DNA of 64,000 bases from an uncultured Oscillospiraceae bacterium (GCA_964383845.1 CAYLIF010000003.1:34894-98893); one strand, 5' to 3'. Shown: positions 28,029-38,165, counted from the stretch's first letter. Notes: generated by a model from the sequence alone, not told the origin. A program made the numbers and translations.

Positions 28029-28427
28029 CTACCAAACATAACAAACGACTTCGCCACCAACACCCAGTTTTCTAGCCTCTTTATCGCTGATAACCCCATT
28101 GGATGTGGAGATGATTGCGATTCCTAAACCATTAAGAACTTTAGGCACCTCATTGGCTTTAGCATAAACTTTTAAGCCTGGCTTTGAAATCTTTTTGATT
28201 CCACTGATGACTTTTTCTTTACCTTGTCCGTATTTCATGGTAATTCTGATGATGCCTTGCTTTTCATCTTCTATTACATCATAACCTTTAATGTAGCCTT
28301 CATCTGTCAATATTTCGGCAATGGATTTCTTCATTTTTGATGCCGGAACATCAACGGTTTGGTGACCGACAGTATTGGCATTTCTGATTCTTGTTAGCAT
28401 ATCTGCTATAGGATCTGTCATAGTCAT
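28029..28427 (-). CDS. rpsH: 30S ribosomal protein S8
   Basis: 132 aa starting [18 protein letters not shown]. Confidence 0.97.
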   Translation of the reverse strand: MTMTDPIADMLTRIRNANTVGHQTVDVPASKMKKSIAEILTDEGYIKGYDVIEDEKQGIIRITMKYGQGKEKVISGIKKISKPGLKVYAKANEVPKVLNGLGIAIISTSNGVISDKEARKLGVGGEVVCYVW

Positions 28428-28455
28428 TACAGTTCTATCTCCTTTCTGGAATAAT

Positions 28456-28641
28456 CTACCAACTTGCCTTCTTTACGCCGGGGATTTCCCCTTTATAAGC
28501 AAGCTCTCTAAAGCAGATACGGCATATCCCATACTTCTTCAAAACTGAATGTGGTCTTCCGCAAATTCTGCATCTGGTATACCCTCTAGTGGCATACTTA
28601 GGTTTTCTCTGCTGTTTTACTTTGAGAGATGTCTTCGCCAT
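28456..28641 (-). CDS. rpsN: 30S ribosomal protein S14, type Z (zinc-binding)
   Basis: 61 aa with CRICGRPHS...CRICFRE. Confidence 0.96.
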   Translation of the reverse strand: MAKTSLKVKQQRKPKYATRGYTRCRICGRPHSVLKKYGICRICFRELAYKGEIPGVKKASW

Positions 28642-28650
28642 AATTCCCTC

Positions 28651-29193
28651 CTATTTCTGAAACGGCATTCCAAGATACTCTAATAATGCCTGAGCCTCTT
28701 CGTCCGTCTTTGCTGTAGTTGTAAAAACAATATTCATTCCTTTAACTCTATCTACTTTATCGTAGTTGATTTCAGGAAATATTAACTGCTCTTTGACTCC
28801 CATGGAATAGTTGCCTCGTCCATCAAAGGAATTTTTACTAACTCCCTTAAAGTCACGAACTCTGGGAAGAGCGATGTTAAATAGCTTGTCCATAAATTCG
28901 TACATATAGTCTCCTCGTAAGGTCACTTTTGTACCAACAGGCATGCCCTGTCTAACCTTAAAGTTAGCAATGGATTTTTTTGCTTTAGTAATTACCGGTG
29001 ATTGGCCGGAAATTAAACTCAATTCTTCAACAGCGGTTTCCATCATTTTGGGGTTGTCTTTTGCTTCTCCCAAACCCATATTTAATGTAACCTTCTCTAG
29101 CTTTGGAACCTCCATGACATTTTCATAACTGAATTTTTCCATCATGGATTTAAAAACCGTATCTTTGTAGATTTCTCTTAATCTGGCTGTCAA
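28651..29193 (-). CDS. rplE: 50S ribosomal protein L5
   Basis: 180 aa with [13 protein letters not shown] and [19 protein letters not shown]. Confidence 0.97.
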   Translation of the reverse strand: MTARLREIYKDTVFKSMMEKFSYENVMEVPKLEKVTLNMGLGEAKDNPKMMETAVEELSLISGQSPVITKAKKSIANFKVRQGMPVGTKVTLRGDYMYEFMDKLFNIALPRVRDFKGVSKNSFDGRGNYSMGVKEQLIFPEINYDKVDRVKGMNIVFTTTAKTDEEAQALLEYLGMPFQK

Positions 29194-29210
29194 TATCGTC
29201 TCCTCCTTTC

Positions 29211-29516
29211 TTAGTCTATTGCTGCGCCGGTCTTTTTAGCGATTCGGATTTTTTTGCCTTTTTCAACTTTAAATCCAATTCTTGTAGGCGCATCGCTTTT
29301 TTTATCATAGTACATAACATTAGAAACATTAATAGGACCTTCTTGATGTTTTATTTCGGAACGTTCTTGTCTTGTTTGTTTTTTATGCTTTGTTTGAACG
29401 TTTATACCCTCAACTATGACTCTGTTTTCTTTGGGCATGGCTTTTAAAACTTTGCCCTTCTTGCCTTTGTCTTTCCCTGTGATTACTAAGACGGTATCGT
29501 CTTTTTTAATTTTCAT
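29211..29516 (-). CDS. rplX: 50S ribosomal protein L24
   Basis: 101 aa starting [24 protein letters not shown] (KOW motif). Confidence 0.96.
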   Translation of the reverse strand: MKIKKDDTVLVITGKDKGKKGKVLKAMPKENRVIVEGINVQTKHKKQTRQERSEIKHQEGPINVSNVMYYDKKSDAPTRIGFKVEKGKKIRIAKKTGAAID

Positions 29517-29529
29517 CTTCGGTACCTCC

Positions 29530-29898
29530 CTATACTACTTCTGGTGCCAAGGAAATGATTTTCATAAAGCTTTTATCTCGCAATTCCCTTGCTACAGGTC
29601 CGAAGATACGAGTTCCCACTGGGTTCTTATCTTCTTTGATGATAACGGCTGCATTTTGATCAAACTTTACATAGCTTCCATCGCTTCTTCTGGCACCATG
29701 TTTTGTTCGAACAACTACCGCTCTTACAACCTCGCCTTTTTTCACGACTCCGCCTGGAGTGGCTTCCTTTACGGCACAAACGATAATGTCTCCTATGTTC
29801 GCATATTTTCTACGGGTTCCCCCTAGAACACGAATACATAACAGTTCCTTTGCACCTGAATTGTCAGCAACTCCGAGTCTGCTTTCTGACTGAATCAT
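29530..29898 (-). CDS. rplN: 50S ribosomal protein L14
   Basis: 122 aa starting [27 protein letters not shown]. Confidence 0.97.
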   Translation of the reverse strand: MIQSESRLGVADNSGAKELLCIRVLGGTRRKYANIGDIIVCAVKEATPGGVVKKGEVVRAVVVRTKHGARRSDGSYVKFDQNAAVIIKEDKNPVGTRIFGPVARELRDKSFMKIISLAPEVV

Positions 29899-29913
29899 TG
29901 TCCGGTGCCTCCT

Positions 29914-30174
29914 TTACTTAACCTTTTCGATGATGTTTACAAGTCTCCATCTTTTTCCTTTGGAGAGGGGTCTTGTTTCCATTATTCTAACTTTATCTCC
30001 GATTTGGCATTCATTTACCTCATCATGGGCTTTAAATCTGTTGGTTTTCTTAACAGATTTTCCATAAAGAGAATGCCTTACGAAGTCTTCTACTGTTACT
30101 ACAATAGTTTTATCCATTTTATCGCTTACGACGGTTCCTACACGAATCTTTCTAGCGTTTCTATCGTCTGTCAT
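29914..30174 (-). CDS. rpsQ: 30S ribosomal protein S17
   Basis: 86 aa with [14 protein letters not shown] and [11 protein letters not shown]. Confidence 0.96.
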   Translation of the reverse strand: MTDDRNARKIRVGTVVSDKMDKTIVVTVEDFVRHSLYGKSVKKTNRFKAHDEVNECQIGDKVRIMETRPLSKGKRWRLVNIIEKVK

Positions 30175-30190
30175 AATTCATCCTCCTTCC

Positions 30191-30394
30191 CTAAGCTTGG
30201 GTTTCAGCCAATTCTTTTTCTTTGATTATAGTTTTTACTCTGGCGATGTTCTTCTTAGCATCCCTCATTTTGATAGGGTTCTCTAATTGCCCTGTTACAT
30301 GTTGGAAGCGAAGATTGAACAATTCGTTCTTTAGCTTCAATAATTCTGCATTTATTTCTGTGTCAGTCATTTCTCTTATTTTTTTCAATTCCAT
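30191..30394 (-). CDS. rpmC: 50S ribosomal protein L29
   Basis: 67 aa with ELFNLRFQHVTGQLENP. Confidence 0.95.
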   Translation of the reverse strand: MELKKIREMTDTEINAELLKLKNELFNLRFQHVTGQLENPIKMRDAKKNIARVKTIIKEKELAETQA

Positions 30395-30828
30395 TACGCT
30401 TCACCACCCTCTATTAATTCATGGCCTTTGATGGCAAACTTTGAACTAATCGGCAACTTGTGTGCTGCCAGTCTCATGGCTTCTCTTGCTTGTTCTTCTG
30501 TTACACCAGAAATTTCAAACATTACTCGGCCAGGTTTTACAACTGCTACCCAATGATCTGGGGAGCCTTTTCCAGAACCCATTCTAACTTCAGCGGGTTT
30601 TTTTGTTACTGATTTATGAGGAAATATCTTAATAAATACTTTTCCTCCTCTTTTAATGGATCTTGTCATAGCTATACGAGCAGATTCTATTTGATTGGAT
30701 GTAATCCATCCACAATCCATAGCTACTAGGCCGTAATTACCGTAGGTAATGGTATTCCCTTTGGTAGCAACGCCCTTCATTCTTCCTCGAAACACTTTTC
30801 TGTGCTTCACTCGTTTGGGCATTAACAT
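30394..30828 (-). CDS. rplP: 50S ribosomal protein L16
   Basis: 144 aa starting [19 protein letters not shown]. Confidence 0.97.
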   Translation of the reverse strand: MLMPKRVKHRKVFRGRMKGVATKGNTITYGNYGLVAMDCGWITSNQIESARIAMTRSIKRGGKVFIKIFPHKSVTKKPAEVRMGSGKGSPDHWVAVVKPGRVMFEISGVTEEQAREAMRLAAHKLPISSKFAIKGHELIEGGEA

Positions 30829-31712
30829 TATTCTTCGCCTCCTTCTTTCACTACTTCTTTTTCAGGAGTTTTTGCGGCCACTGCTTCAGGCTTCGGAGCT
30901 TTCTTTGCTCTAGGATTTACTGAAGGGGCAATTTCGGGTCTTCCAAAACGATCATCCCTTCTGCCTCGGTTATCTCCATCTCTTCGAGTTTTTTTGCTAC
31001 GATCGTAATCCTTTTTTGGTCGTCGCTCTGTGCTGCTTCTTCCTGCGGGCTTTTCTTCAGGTCGTGCACTTTTAAGCCCTTTATCTAAAATCTCACCATT
31101 ATTAATCCATACTTTTACACCTAACTTACCATAGGTAGTGTCGGCCTCTGCGAATCCATAATCAATATCCGCTCTCAATGTATGAAGAGGTACATTTCCT
31201 TCGCTGTACTTCTCGGAACGAGCAATCTCTGCTCCTCCTAATCTTCCTGAAACTAGAACTTTAATCCCTTTTGCTCCAGATTTCATAGTTCTACCGATTG
31301 CCTGTTTCATAGCTCTTCTAAAAGAAATTCTTTTTTCTAAAGCTGATACAATGCTTTCCGCTGTAAGTTGAGCATCAAGTTCGGTTTTTCTGATTTCTAT
31401 AATCTCAACAAATACAGTTTTTTTGGTCATTTTTTCTAGTTCTTTTTTCAATTGTTCCTGGCCGCTTCCGTCTCTTCCAATCACCATGCCTGGCTTTCCA
31501 ACTAGTATGATAACTCTCATTTGATTGTTAGCAGCTCTTTCAATCAGGATTCTTGACACACCAGCAACATAAAGTTTTTTCTTAACATACTCTCTTACTT
31601 TATTGTCTTCTACTAAATAGTCTGCAAAATCTTTTGTATTTGCATACCATTTTGAATCCCAGTCTTTTATTACGCCTACTCTTAATCCATGTGGACTTAC
31701 TTTCTGACCCAT
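30828..31712 (-). CDS. rpsC: 30S ribosomal protein S3 with a long basic low-complexity C-terminal tail
   Basis: 294 aa starting [24 protein letters not shown]. Roughly the last 80 residues are rich in R, K, P, E and D. Confidence 0.96.
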   Translation of the reverse strand: MGQKVSPHGLRVGVIKDWDSKWYANTKDFADYLVEDNKVREYVKKKLYVAGVSRILIERAANNQMRVIILVGKPGMVIGRDGSGQEQLKKELEKMTKKTVFVEIIEIRKTELDAQLTAESIVSALEKRISFRRAMKQAIGRTMKSGAKGIKVLVSGRLGGAEIARSEKYSEGNVPLHTLRADIDYGFAEADTTYGKLGVKVWINNGEILDKGLKSARPEEKPAGRSSTERRPKKDYDRSKKTRRDGDNRGRRDDRFGRPEIAPSVNPRAKKAPKPEAVAAKTPEKEVVKEGGEE

Positions 31713-31730
31713 CTAGTAAACCTCCCTTTC

Positions 31731-32066
31731 CTAGTTTTTCTCCTTAAGCGTTACACCTACGTGACTAGATCTCTTAAGAATTTTTGATGCTCTTCCTTGG
31801 GCTCCTGCTCTCCATCGTTTGGTTGTTGGCCCTTGATGAGCGAAAATTTCTGAAACATATAGATTGTCTGGATCAAGATCCAAGTTATTTTCTGCATTTG
31901 CTGCTGCAGATTTTACAACTTTCTCCATAACCTGAGAACCTTTTCCCGGTGTAAATTTCAATATTATTAGCGCCTCTTTTAATCCTTTACCCCTTACCAA
32001 ATCCGCCACAGGTTTTAGTTTTATCGGAGACATTCTAACATATTTAGCTAATGCTTTTGCTTCCAT
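31731..32066 (-). CDS. rplV: 50S ribosomal protein L22
   Basis: Begins MEAKALAKYVRMSPIK. The start is moved from 32075 because the first ATG abuts AAGGAG. Confidence 0.96.
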   Translation of the reverse strand: MEAKALAKYVRMSPIKLKPVADLVRGKGLKEALIILKFTPGKGSQVMEKVVKSAAANAENNLDLDPDNLYVSEIFAHQGPTTKRWRAGAQGRASKILKRSSHVGVTLKEKN

Positions 32067-32084
32067 TTTTACCATCTCCTTTCA

Positions 32085-32363
32085 CTATTTCTTCCTAGTG
32101 GACTTATCGGCAGCGTGTCCTCGGTAGGTACGAGTTGGAGCAAATTCTCCCAACCGATGGCCTACCATGTCTTCTGTAATATATACAGGCACATGTTTTT
32201 TTCCATCGTGAACTGCAATGGTGTGCCCTACCATCTGAGGGAAAATGGTTGATGGCCTGGACCAAGTTTTAATAACTTTTTTTTCGTTTGCCGCATTCAT
32301 TTCTTCAATGACTTTTAGTAGCTTAAGGTTTACGAAAGGGCCCTTTTTTAGTGATCTTCCCAT
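32085..32363 (-). CDS. rpsS: 30S ribosomal protein S19
   Basis: 92 aa starting [11 protein letters not shown], with [17 protein letters not shown]. Confidence 0.97.
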   Translation of the reverse strand: MGRSLKKGPFVNLKLLKVIEEMNAANEKKVIKTWSRPSTIFPQMVGHTIAVHDGKKHVPVYITEDMVGHRLGEFAPTRTYRGHAADKSTRKK

Positions 32364-32379
32364 TATTTATGCTCCTTTC

Positions 32380-33213
32380 TTATTTCTCTTTTCTCTTCTT
32401 AACAATATATTGATCTGATGGCTTATTTTTCTTTCTGGTCTTGTAACCCAGAGTTTTCTTGCCCCAAGGACTTACAGGGCTAACTCGTCCAATTCCAGTC
32501 TTTCCTTCACCACCACCATGAGGGTGATCGTTAGGATTCATGGCAGAACCTCTAACAGTGGGTCTTATTCCCATATGTCTTTTTCTTCCAGCTTTACCAA
32601 TATCTATATTTCCGTGATCTTGGTTTCCAACTTCACCAATTGTAGCTCTACATTCTACCCGAATTTTTCGAACCTCCCCAGAAGGCAGTCTCACTTGTGC
32701 GTAGTCGTTTTCCTTCGCCATAAGCTGTGCGCCATTCCCTGCTGAACGAACCATTTGTCCGCCTTTCCCAGCTTTCATCTCAATGTTATGTATAACCGTT
32801 CCGGCTGGAATTCTGGATAATGGAAGTGTGTTTCCAACTTTGATGTCCACATTACTGCCTGATAAAAGTACGTCTCCAACCTTTAACTTGCTAGGGGCTA
32901 GTATGTATCTTTTTTCTCCATCGGCATAAAACAACAATGCGATATTGGCACTTCTGTTTGGATCATACTCAATGGCTGCTACTGTTGCTGGTATATCGTC
33001 TTTATTCCTTTTGAAATCGATAATCCTGTATTTAGGTCTATATCCACCACCACGATGACGTATTGTAATCTTACCTCTGTTGTTTCGACCAGAATGTTTT
33101 TTCAGAGTTACTGTTAAGCTTCTTTCTGGCGTGTCTTTGGTAATTTCCTCAAAGGTGGAAACCGTCATTCCTCTAAGACCAGGAGTTGTCGGATTGTATT
33201 TTTTAATTCCCAT
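32380..33213 (-). CDS. rplB: 50S ribosomal protein L2
   Basis: 277 aa with [15 protein letters not shown]. Confidence 0.97.
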   Translation of the reverse strand: MGIKKYNPTTPGLRGMTVSTFEEITKDTPERSLTVTLKKHSGRNNRGKITIRHRGGGYRPKYRIIDFKRNKDDIPATVAAIEYDPNRSANIALLFYADGEKRYILAPSKLKVGDVLLSGSNVDIKVGNTLPLSRIPAGTVIHNIEMKAGKGGQMVRSAGNGAQLMAKENDYAQVRLPSGEVRKIRVECRATIGEVGNQDHGNIDIGKAGRKRHMGIRPTVRGSAMNPNDHPHGGGEGKTGIGRVSPVSPWGKKTLGYKTRKKNKPSDQYIVKKRKEK

Positions 33214-33232
33214 CTTTCTTTCCCTCCTATTC

Positions 33233-33523
33233 TTACAGTCCTTGGAAGAATTCGATTTCCTTACTCTTTGGAGTAAGGGTTACGACAGCTTTCTTAGTAG
33301 ACGCTGTCATTCCAACATTTCTTCCCATTCTTTTAACTTTACCGATTACATTCATAGTGTTTACCTTAGCAACTTCTACTCCGAAAATTTCTTCGATTGC
33401 TGCTTTAACCTGAGTTCTGTTAGCTCCTTTGGCCACTTGGAATGTGTATTTCTTGTTGTGAGCCTCATCCATACTCATTTCTGAAATGATAGGCTTAATG
33501 ATTACATCGTAAGGGGTCTTCAT
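33233..33523 (-). CDS. rplW: 50S ribosomal protein L23
   Basis: 96 aa with [13 protein letters not shown] and [22 protein letters not shown]. Confidence 0.96.
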   Translation of the reverse strand: MKTPYDVIIKPIISEMSMDEAHNKKYTFQVAKGANRTQVKAAIEEIFGVEVAKVNTMNVIGKVKRMGRNVGMTASTKKAVVTLTPKSKEIEFFQGL

Positions 33524-34146
33524 TAGGAATACACCTCCTCAATTTTTTTAAGTGCTTCTTTTGTTACAATGAAGCTTGTGTAATTAATTATTTCATAAAC
33601 GTTCATGGTAGAAACAAGTGCAGTTCTTACACCAGGGATGTTGGCCGCGGATTTTACCACTGCATCATCTTTTTCTCCCATTATTATAAGCGCTTTTTTT
33701 GCAGCTTTAACGCCTTCAAGTAGTTTGATCATATCCTTTGTCTTAGGTCCTTCAAATGTGAGTGTATCTAGCACAATCATTTCATTCTCAAGAACCTTAG
33801 AGGATAAAACGGATTTCATAGCTAGTCTTCTCAGCTTTTTTGATACCGAGTATCGATAGTCTCTGGGCTTTGGAGCAAACGCCACGCCTCCGCCGATTTG
33901 TGAAGGATCTGTAGTACTTCCTTGTCTGGAGCGACCAGTCCCCTTTTGTCTAAAAGGTTTTCTTCCACCGCCTCTGACATCACTTCTTGTTTTTGCGGAC
34001 TGAGTTCCTTGACGTTGGTTTGCCAAGTAATTCTTTACAACTTCATGAACCGCATTTTGATTAGGCTCTATTCCAAAAATGTCATCCTTTAATTCCATTG
34101 TTCCTGTTTCAACGCCACTCATATCTAAAATCTTTACTGTTGCCAT
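33523..34146 (-). CDS. rplD: 50S ribosomal protein L4
   Basis: 207 aa with RGGGRKPFRQKGTGRSRQGS. Confidence 0.97.
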   Translation of the reverse strand: MATVKILDMSGVETGTMELKDDIFGIEPNQNAVHEVVKNYLANQRQGTQSAKTRSDVRGGGRKPFRQKGTGRSRQGSTTDPSQIGGGVAFAPKPRDYRYSVSKKLRRLAMKSVLSSKVLENEMIVLDTLTFEGPKTKDMIKLLEGVKAAKKALIIMGEKDDAVVKSAANIPGVRTALVSTMNVYEIINYTSFIVTKEALKKIEEVYS

Positions 34147-34173
34147 TATTAATTCCTCCTTTCCCTATCTTCT

Positions 34174-34806
34174 CTATTTGTCCTGACCTTTTACAGCATA
34201 TTGGACTTGCAGAAGACCACCTTTGGGTCCTGGAACTGCTCCCTTAACAAGCAACAAATTCCGATCCTCCATTACTTTTACCAATACTACGTTTTGCACA
34301 GTAACTGTTTCTCGACCCATTCTACCTGGCCCTTTGTTTCCCTTAAATACTCGACCAGGGCTTGCGCACCCTGCCAAGGCTCCTGGGAGTCTCTTGTGCT
34401 TGGATCCATGAGTCATTGGTCCACGATGGTGTCCATGACGTTTTATGTTTCCTTGTGTGCCTTTACCCTTTGATATTCCAGTTACGTCTAGTTTTTTGCC
34501 TTCTTCTAATTCTGTAACTGTCATAACTTGACCTAATTCATAGGTGTCGCCTTCATCAGGAATAAACTCTGCTAAATGTCTTTTTAATGCTCCGCTTTTT
34601 TCTAGGTGCCCTGTTTTTGGTCGGTTTATCCTTTGAGGTTTTGCATCGTGATATCCAACCTGAACTGCCTCGTAACCATCTGTTGACATTGTCTTTATTT
34701 GGGTTACGGTTTGCGGACCCGCTTCAATAACGGTAACGGGAATCATTTCTCCTTCTTCCGTGAAGATTTGTGTCATTCCCACTTTCTTGCCTAGTAATAC
34801 CTTCAT
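34174..34806 (-). CDS. rplC: 50S ribosomal protein L3
   Basis: 210 aa starting LGKKVGMTQIF, with KGKGTQGNIKRHG. Confidence 0.97.
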   Translation of the reverse strand: MKVLLGKKVGMTQIFTEEGEMIPVTVIEAGPQTVTQIKTMSTDGYEAVQVGYHDAKPQRINRPKTGHLEKSGALKRHLAEFIPDEGDTYELGQVMTVTELEEGKKLDVTGISKGKGTQGNIKRHGHHRGPMTHGSKHKRLPGALAGCASPGRVFKGNKGPGRMGRETVTVQNVVLVKVMEDRNLLLVKGAVPGPKGGLLQVQYAVKGQDK

Positions 34807-34896
34807 ATATATTCTCCTTTTCTCTTACAGCGGATTGCCAGATTAATTCTTTCTCGCAATCATACTAAGGGGAGTACCCTTCTAATTTAGATGTAC

Positions 34897-35208
34897 CTAA
34901 AGCTTAATTTCTATGTCTACGCCTGCAGGTAATTCCAATTTTGTCAGTGCATCAGTGGTTTTGCCTGTTGCGTTTGTGATATCAATCAATCGCTTATGGG
35001 TTCTTTGTTCAAACTGTTCTCTAGAATCTTTGTACTTGTGTACAGCACGTATAACTGTTACCACTTCTTTTTCTGTGGGAAGGGGTATAGGACCAGAAAC
35101 ATCCGCTCCTGTTTTTTTGGCCGTCTCCACAATTTTGGCAGCTGATTGATCCAACATGGCATGGTCGTAAGCCTTTAATCGGATTCTAATCTTTTGTAAT
35201 TCGCTCAT
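34897..35208 (-). CDS. rpsJ: 30S ribosomal protein S10
   Basis: Begins [20 protein letters not shown]. The start is moved from 35355 to the ATG preceded by GAGGAGG, giving 103 aa. Confidence 0.96.
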   Translation of the reverse strand: MSELQKIRIRLKAYDHAMLDQSAAKIVETAKKTGADVSGPIPLPTEKEVVTVIRAVHKYKDSREQFEQRTHKRLIDITNATGKTTDALTKLELPAGVDIEIKL

Positions 35209-35443
35209 TTTTTTCCTCCTCATTTTTCTTTGTACTGTTTTCGCTATTCCCGTACAGGGTGTTGAGTCCTTGATTTCCAACGTGTTGCTCATATTGTCGC
35301 CATGTACACGCCTCCGTGCGTTTCGTTTTATAACCCACAGATAAGAAATCTTCAATGCCCTTCGCTCCCATCTGGTGGGAACAATTCTCCGCGGAAATTA
35401 CCTGATAGCTCAGCAACTTCCCGCTTCACCGCTATAAGCAAGC
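35209..35443 (-). promoter_or_regulatory. Candidate structured 5' leader of the S10 operon (about 235 nt, G+C-rich)
   Basis: Lies between the candidate promoter and the rpsJ RBS. Contains hairpin GTTCCCA-CCAGA-TGGGAGC (35364-35382) and several other helices. A hand count gives 51 G+C in the 100 nt from 35333 to 35432. Confidence 0.35.
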
Positions 35444-35449
35444 CTCTAT

Positions 35450-35478
35450 AATATATAACAGCGCAAAAGAGATTGCAA
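35450..35478 (-). promoter_or_regulatory. Candidate S10-operon promoter
   Basis: Minus strand TTGCAA (35473-35478), 17 nt spacer, TATATT (35450-35455), with A/T-rich DNA upstream. Confidence 0.45.
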
Positions 35479-35608
35479 GGCTTTTTTATAGCATTTTTGA
35501 CTTTTTCTTATATTACTTTCACTAACCCATTGGAATCAATGGTTACACAATTGATTCATTCACACTTGTCCGTGTGTGTCATTATATATTTATTCGCCTC
35601 TTTAAAAT

Positions 35609-35637
35609 AAAAAAAAAGAGACCTTTTAAAGGGTCCC
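35609..35637 (-). terminator. Intrinsic terminator after the LUD-domain gene
   Basis: Minus strand GGGACC-CTTTAAAA-GGTCTC followed by a run of nine T. Confidence 0.6.
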
Positions 35638-35675
35638 TTCTAATTATAAATGGCATCATATACAATTTTTACAAT

Positions 35676-36305
35676 CTACAAACCTAATTCCTCATTAACA
35701 AGAATTATATTTAATCTTCCAGGTTTTGTACTAAATCTTGTTGTAACAATTGTAGAACAAATCGTCTCTGTGGGTAATAGACAATCACAGCAATGTCCAG
35801 TAAGTGCACAAGGGGTCTTTTTACCAAGTCTCTCTGCATTTTTTGGACAGGCAACTTCCTTTACTCGTTTGATAGCATCTTCTAAGTTGTCAGTCATTTT
35901 ATTTATCCCCGCCACTACTACAACTTTTTTAGGGCCAAAAGTTAGTGCTGCAACTCTATTTCCTGTTCCATCGATGTTAGCCATTTCTCCATCTGTAGTT
36001 ACTGCATTGGCACTTAGAAAGTATACATCCGCCAACATTCCTTGTCTTCTAGCTTCATAGCTTGTTTCTGGATCTTTTTGGCTGTAGGGGTCAATAATAG
36101 TTATCTTGCCTTGGCTTTCTAATTCCAGCAATGCTTCACGAATACCAGTATCATCTAGGGTTTTAGACCCACCCCAAGTAACAACAGATCCCTCTTCAAC
36201 CATTGATAGGGCTATATGTCTAGCTTCTTCCGAGCTTTCTGTATAATATCCCTCAATATTTCGCTTTTTGAAATTTTTTAAAATTGAAACTATTTTCGCA
36301 TTCAT
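35676..36305 (-). CDS. LUD-domain (LutC/YkgG-like, DUF162) protein with a C-terminal Cys cluster
   Basis: 209 aa. The overall pattern (GSKTLDDTGI, NAVTTDGEMANIDGTGNRV, C-terminal CPKN...CALTGHCCDC) matches LUD-family proteins from memory. The family call is moderately sure; the function is unknown. Confidence 0.65.
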   Translation of the reverse strand: MNAKIVSILKNFKKRNIEGYYTESSEEARHIALSMVEEGSVVTWGGSKTLDDTGIREALLELESQGKITIIDPYSQKDPETSYEARRQGMLADVYFLSANAVTTDGEMANIDGTGNRVAALTFGPKKVVVVAGINKMTDNLEDAIKRVKEVACPKNAERLGKKTPCALTGHCCDCLLPTETICSTIVTTRFSTKPGRLNIILVNEELGL

Positions 36306-36334
36306 CTTTAACTTCCTCCTTAAAGGTTTTTCAT

Positions 36335-38044
36335 TTATTCCATAAATATACTACCGCCAATGAACTCGCGAAGTATGGAATTGTTTGGGATAATATGTTC
36401 ATCTTCGATGCCTTGAAAGAATCTAAGAAAGGCCAAGAACCTATGAGCTTCTGCATATTCGGGCTCTTCTCTTTTTATGGCCCTTAATAATGGTACGGCA
36501 TGGGTTTTTAAAACGGCTAATTCGAAAATATGTACTGAGTTAAAAAACACATCTGCCTTACTATTGTAGGGGAATATGTTTACATCTTCTCCTGCTCTAA
36601 CCTTGGGCCAGTCTTGAATAGTTCTTTGAGCATTATGCCCTCTATAAAGATTGTCACGTACCATACGTCGAAGCATTCTTGAATCTGTAGTTGATATTCT
36701 ATTATGAGCATCAATATTAAGGTTTGTTAGAGGGCTGATATATATTTTAAATTTATCTTCATGTTCAATGCCAGGGGTCATCGCATCATTTAAAGCGTGA
36801 ATACCTTCTATTATAACAAGCTGGTTTGGTTTAATGGATGTGATTTTTTTACCATAATGTTTTTCGCCTTTTATAAAATCAAAGGTAGGTATATCCACTT
36901 CTTTCCCGGATATGAGATCGTTAAGCTGTTGGTTAAACAGCTCTACATCGATTGCTCTCAAACTCTCGTAGTCTGGTTCGCCATTTGCATCAAGAGGTGT
37001 CTCAGTTCGTTCCACAAAATAATCGTCGGTACCTAAGTACATAGGTTCTAATCCCTCAACCCGAAGCTGAATGCCTAACATCCTAGCAAATGTTGTTTTC
37101 CCAGAGCTTGAAGGGCCAGCAATTAAGATTATCCTTTTCCCCTCATCCTTTATACGTTCAACTATTTCTCCGATTTTTTTTGCATGAAGGGCTTCACTGA
37201 TGAGAATGAGTTCTTTGTAGGATCCGTCTTTGATTTTATCATTTAGGTCAGATACAAAAGCGCATTTCATAAGTCTACCCCATTTTTTTGCCTCCCCAAA
37301 AGCTTCGGAAAGTAAATAGTCATCTTCATAAAATGGAACTTCGTCGGGTTTAGAGTGATGTGGAAATCTCAAAAGTACAGCTTTGCCATCATTATATGGC
37401 CGCAGCTCAAAGTATTCAATATATCCCGTAGATGGAACCATCTTACCGTAGAAAAAATTCCAGTAACCATCCAAGCAATAAAAGACCATAGTTTCTACAT
37501 TAGATGAATTGAGGATCCTCATCTTTTCTACGTCTCCATCTTCTACTAATAATTCCGCCGCTTTTTCTCGGCTATATCTTTCCCTAGTGAAAGGAAGGTC
37601 TGCAGCAACAAGTTCTCGCATCCTTTTCTCAACAAGTTTAATTTCTTCATCTGATATACGGGCATCTACATTTTTTTTGTTCCCATTTTCGTCTGTTTGT
37701 TCTCGAAAGAAACGAACTTCTGTATAAAGTCCTTTGTTTAAAGAATTTGCGATTTCAACGTCCGTTTTTCCCAACACATCCGAAATGGCTTTTAGGTATA
37801 TCATTATAAGACTATGTTGATAAATTAAATTTGCTGATTGTGAACGTATATCAAGAAATTCAACCTGACAATCTTCCTTTAATTCTACGTTAAGATCTTC
37901 AAGTTTATTGTTTATTTTTGCAGCCAAAATCCTATATGGAACTTGGTCTTGGAAAATGTCAGCTAGCTCTTTTAATCGAGTTCCTGATTCTACTATAAGC
38001 ACTTCTTCCTGGGCCCTAAGTTCTTTTATTACTGTAATTTTCAT
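36335..38044 (-). CDS. Uridine-kinase/phosphoribulokinase-family nucleoside kinase fused to an N-terminal ThrRS-like TGS region
   Basis: 569 aa. The N-terminus (ILAAKINNKLEDLNVELKEDCQVEFLD...IYQHSLIMIYLKAI) resembles the ThrRS N-terminus. The P-loop IAGPSSSGKTTFARML and the C-terminal half resemble Udk/PRK. Confidence 0.75.
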   Translation of the reverse strand: MKITVIKELRAQEEVLIVESGTRLKELADIFQDQVPYRILAAKINNKLEDLNVELKEDCQVEFLDIRSQSANLIYQHSLIMIYLKAISDVLGKTDVEIANSLNKGLYTEVRFFREQTDENGNKKNVDARISDEEIKLVEKRMRELVAADLPFTRERYSREKAAELLVEDGDVEKMRILNSSNVETMVFYCLDGYWNFFYGKMVPSTGYIEYFELRPYNDGKAVLLRFPHHSKPDEVPFYEDDYLLSEAFGEAKKWGRLMKCAFVSDLNDKIKDGSYKELILISEALHAKKIGEIVERIKDEGKRIILIAGPSSSGKTTFARMLGIQLRVEGLEPMYLGTDDYFVERTETPLDANGEPDYESLRAIDVELFNQQLNDLISGKEVDIPTFDFIKGEKHYGKKITSIKPNQLVIIEGIHALNDAMTPGIEHEDKFKIYISPLTNLNIDAHNRISTTDSRMLRRMVRDNLYRGHNAQRTIQDWPKVRAGEDVNIFPYNSKADVFFNSVHIFELAVLKTHAVPLLRAIKREEPEYAEAHRFLAFLRFFQGIEDEHIIPNNSILREFIGGSIFME

Positions 38045-38076
38045 GGTTTCTCCTTCAAGCTTTTTTTCATTATGAG

Positions 38077-38085
38077 ATTATAACA
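38077..38085 (-). promoter_or_regulatory. Extended -10 element (TGTTATAAT) ahead of the kinase gene
   Basis: Minus strand TGTTATAAT immediately after the upstream terminator, about 35 nt before the ATG at 38044. Confidence 0.4.
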
Positions 38086-38089
38086 TAAA

Positions 38090-38121
38090 AAGAAAGGTTT
38101 CGCTATAAGGAGACCTTTCTT
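38090..38121 (-). terminator. Intrinsic terminator after the PC4-like gene
   Basis: 9-bp stem AAGAAAGGT/ACCTTTCTT with a 14-nt loop, followed on the minus strand by TTTTATG. Confidence 0.6.
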
Positions 38122-38165
38122 AGTCAGTGCTAGATAGTGTTATTAATTCTAAAATAAGCTTACTA

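Noticed and set aside
35186-35416. 76-aa ORF in the rpsJ leader, and the 152-aa extended form of rpsJ (34897-35355)
   Set aside because: Neither has an RBS. The short ORF overlaps rpsJ out of frame. The canonical S10 N-terminus ([16 protein letters not shown]) begins at 35208, right after GAGGAGG.
35395-35440. tRNA-like TAGCTCAG segment on the plus strand of the S10 leader
   Set aside because: No acceptor stem, anticodon arm or GTTCGAAT-type T-arm can be drawn around it.
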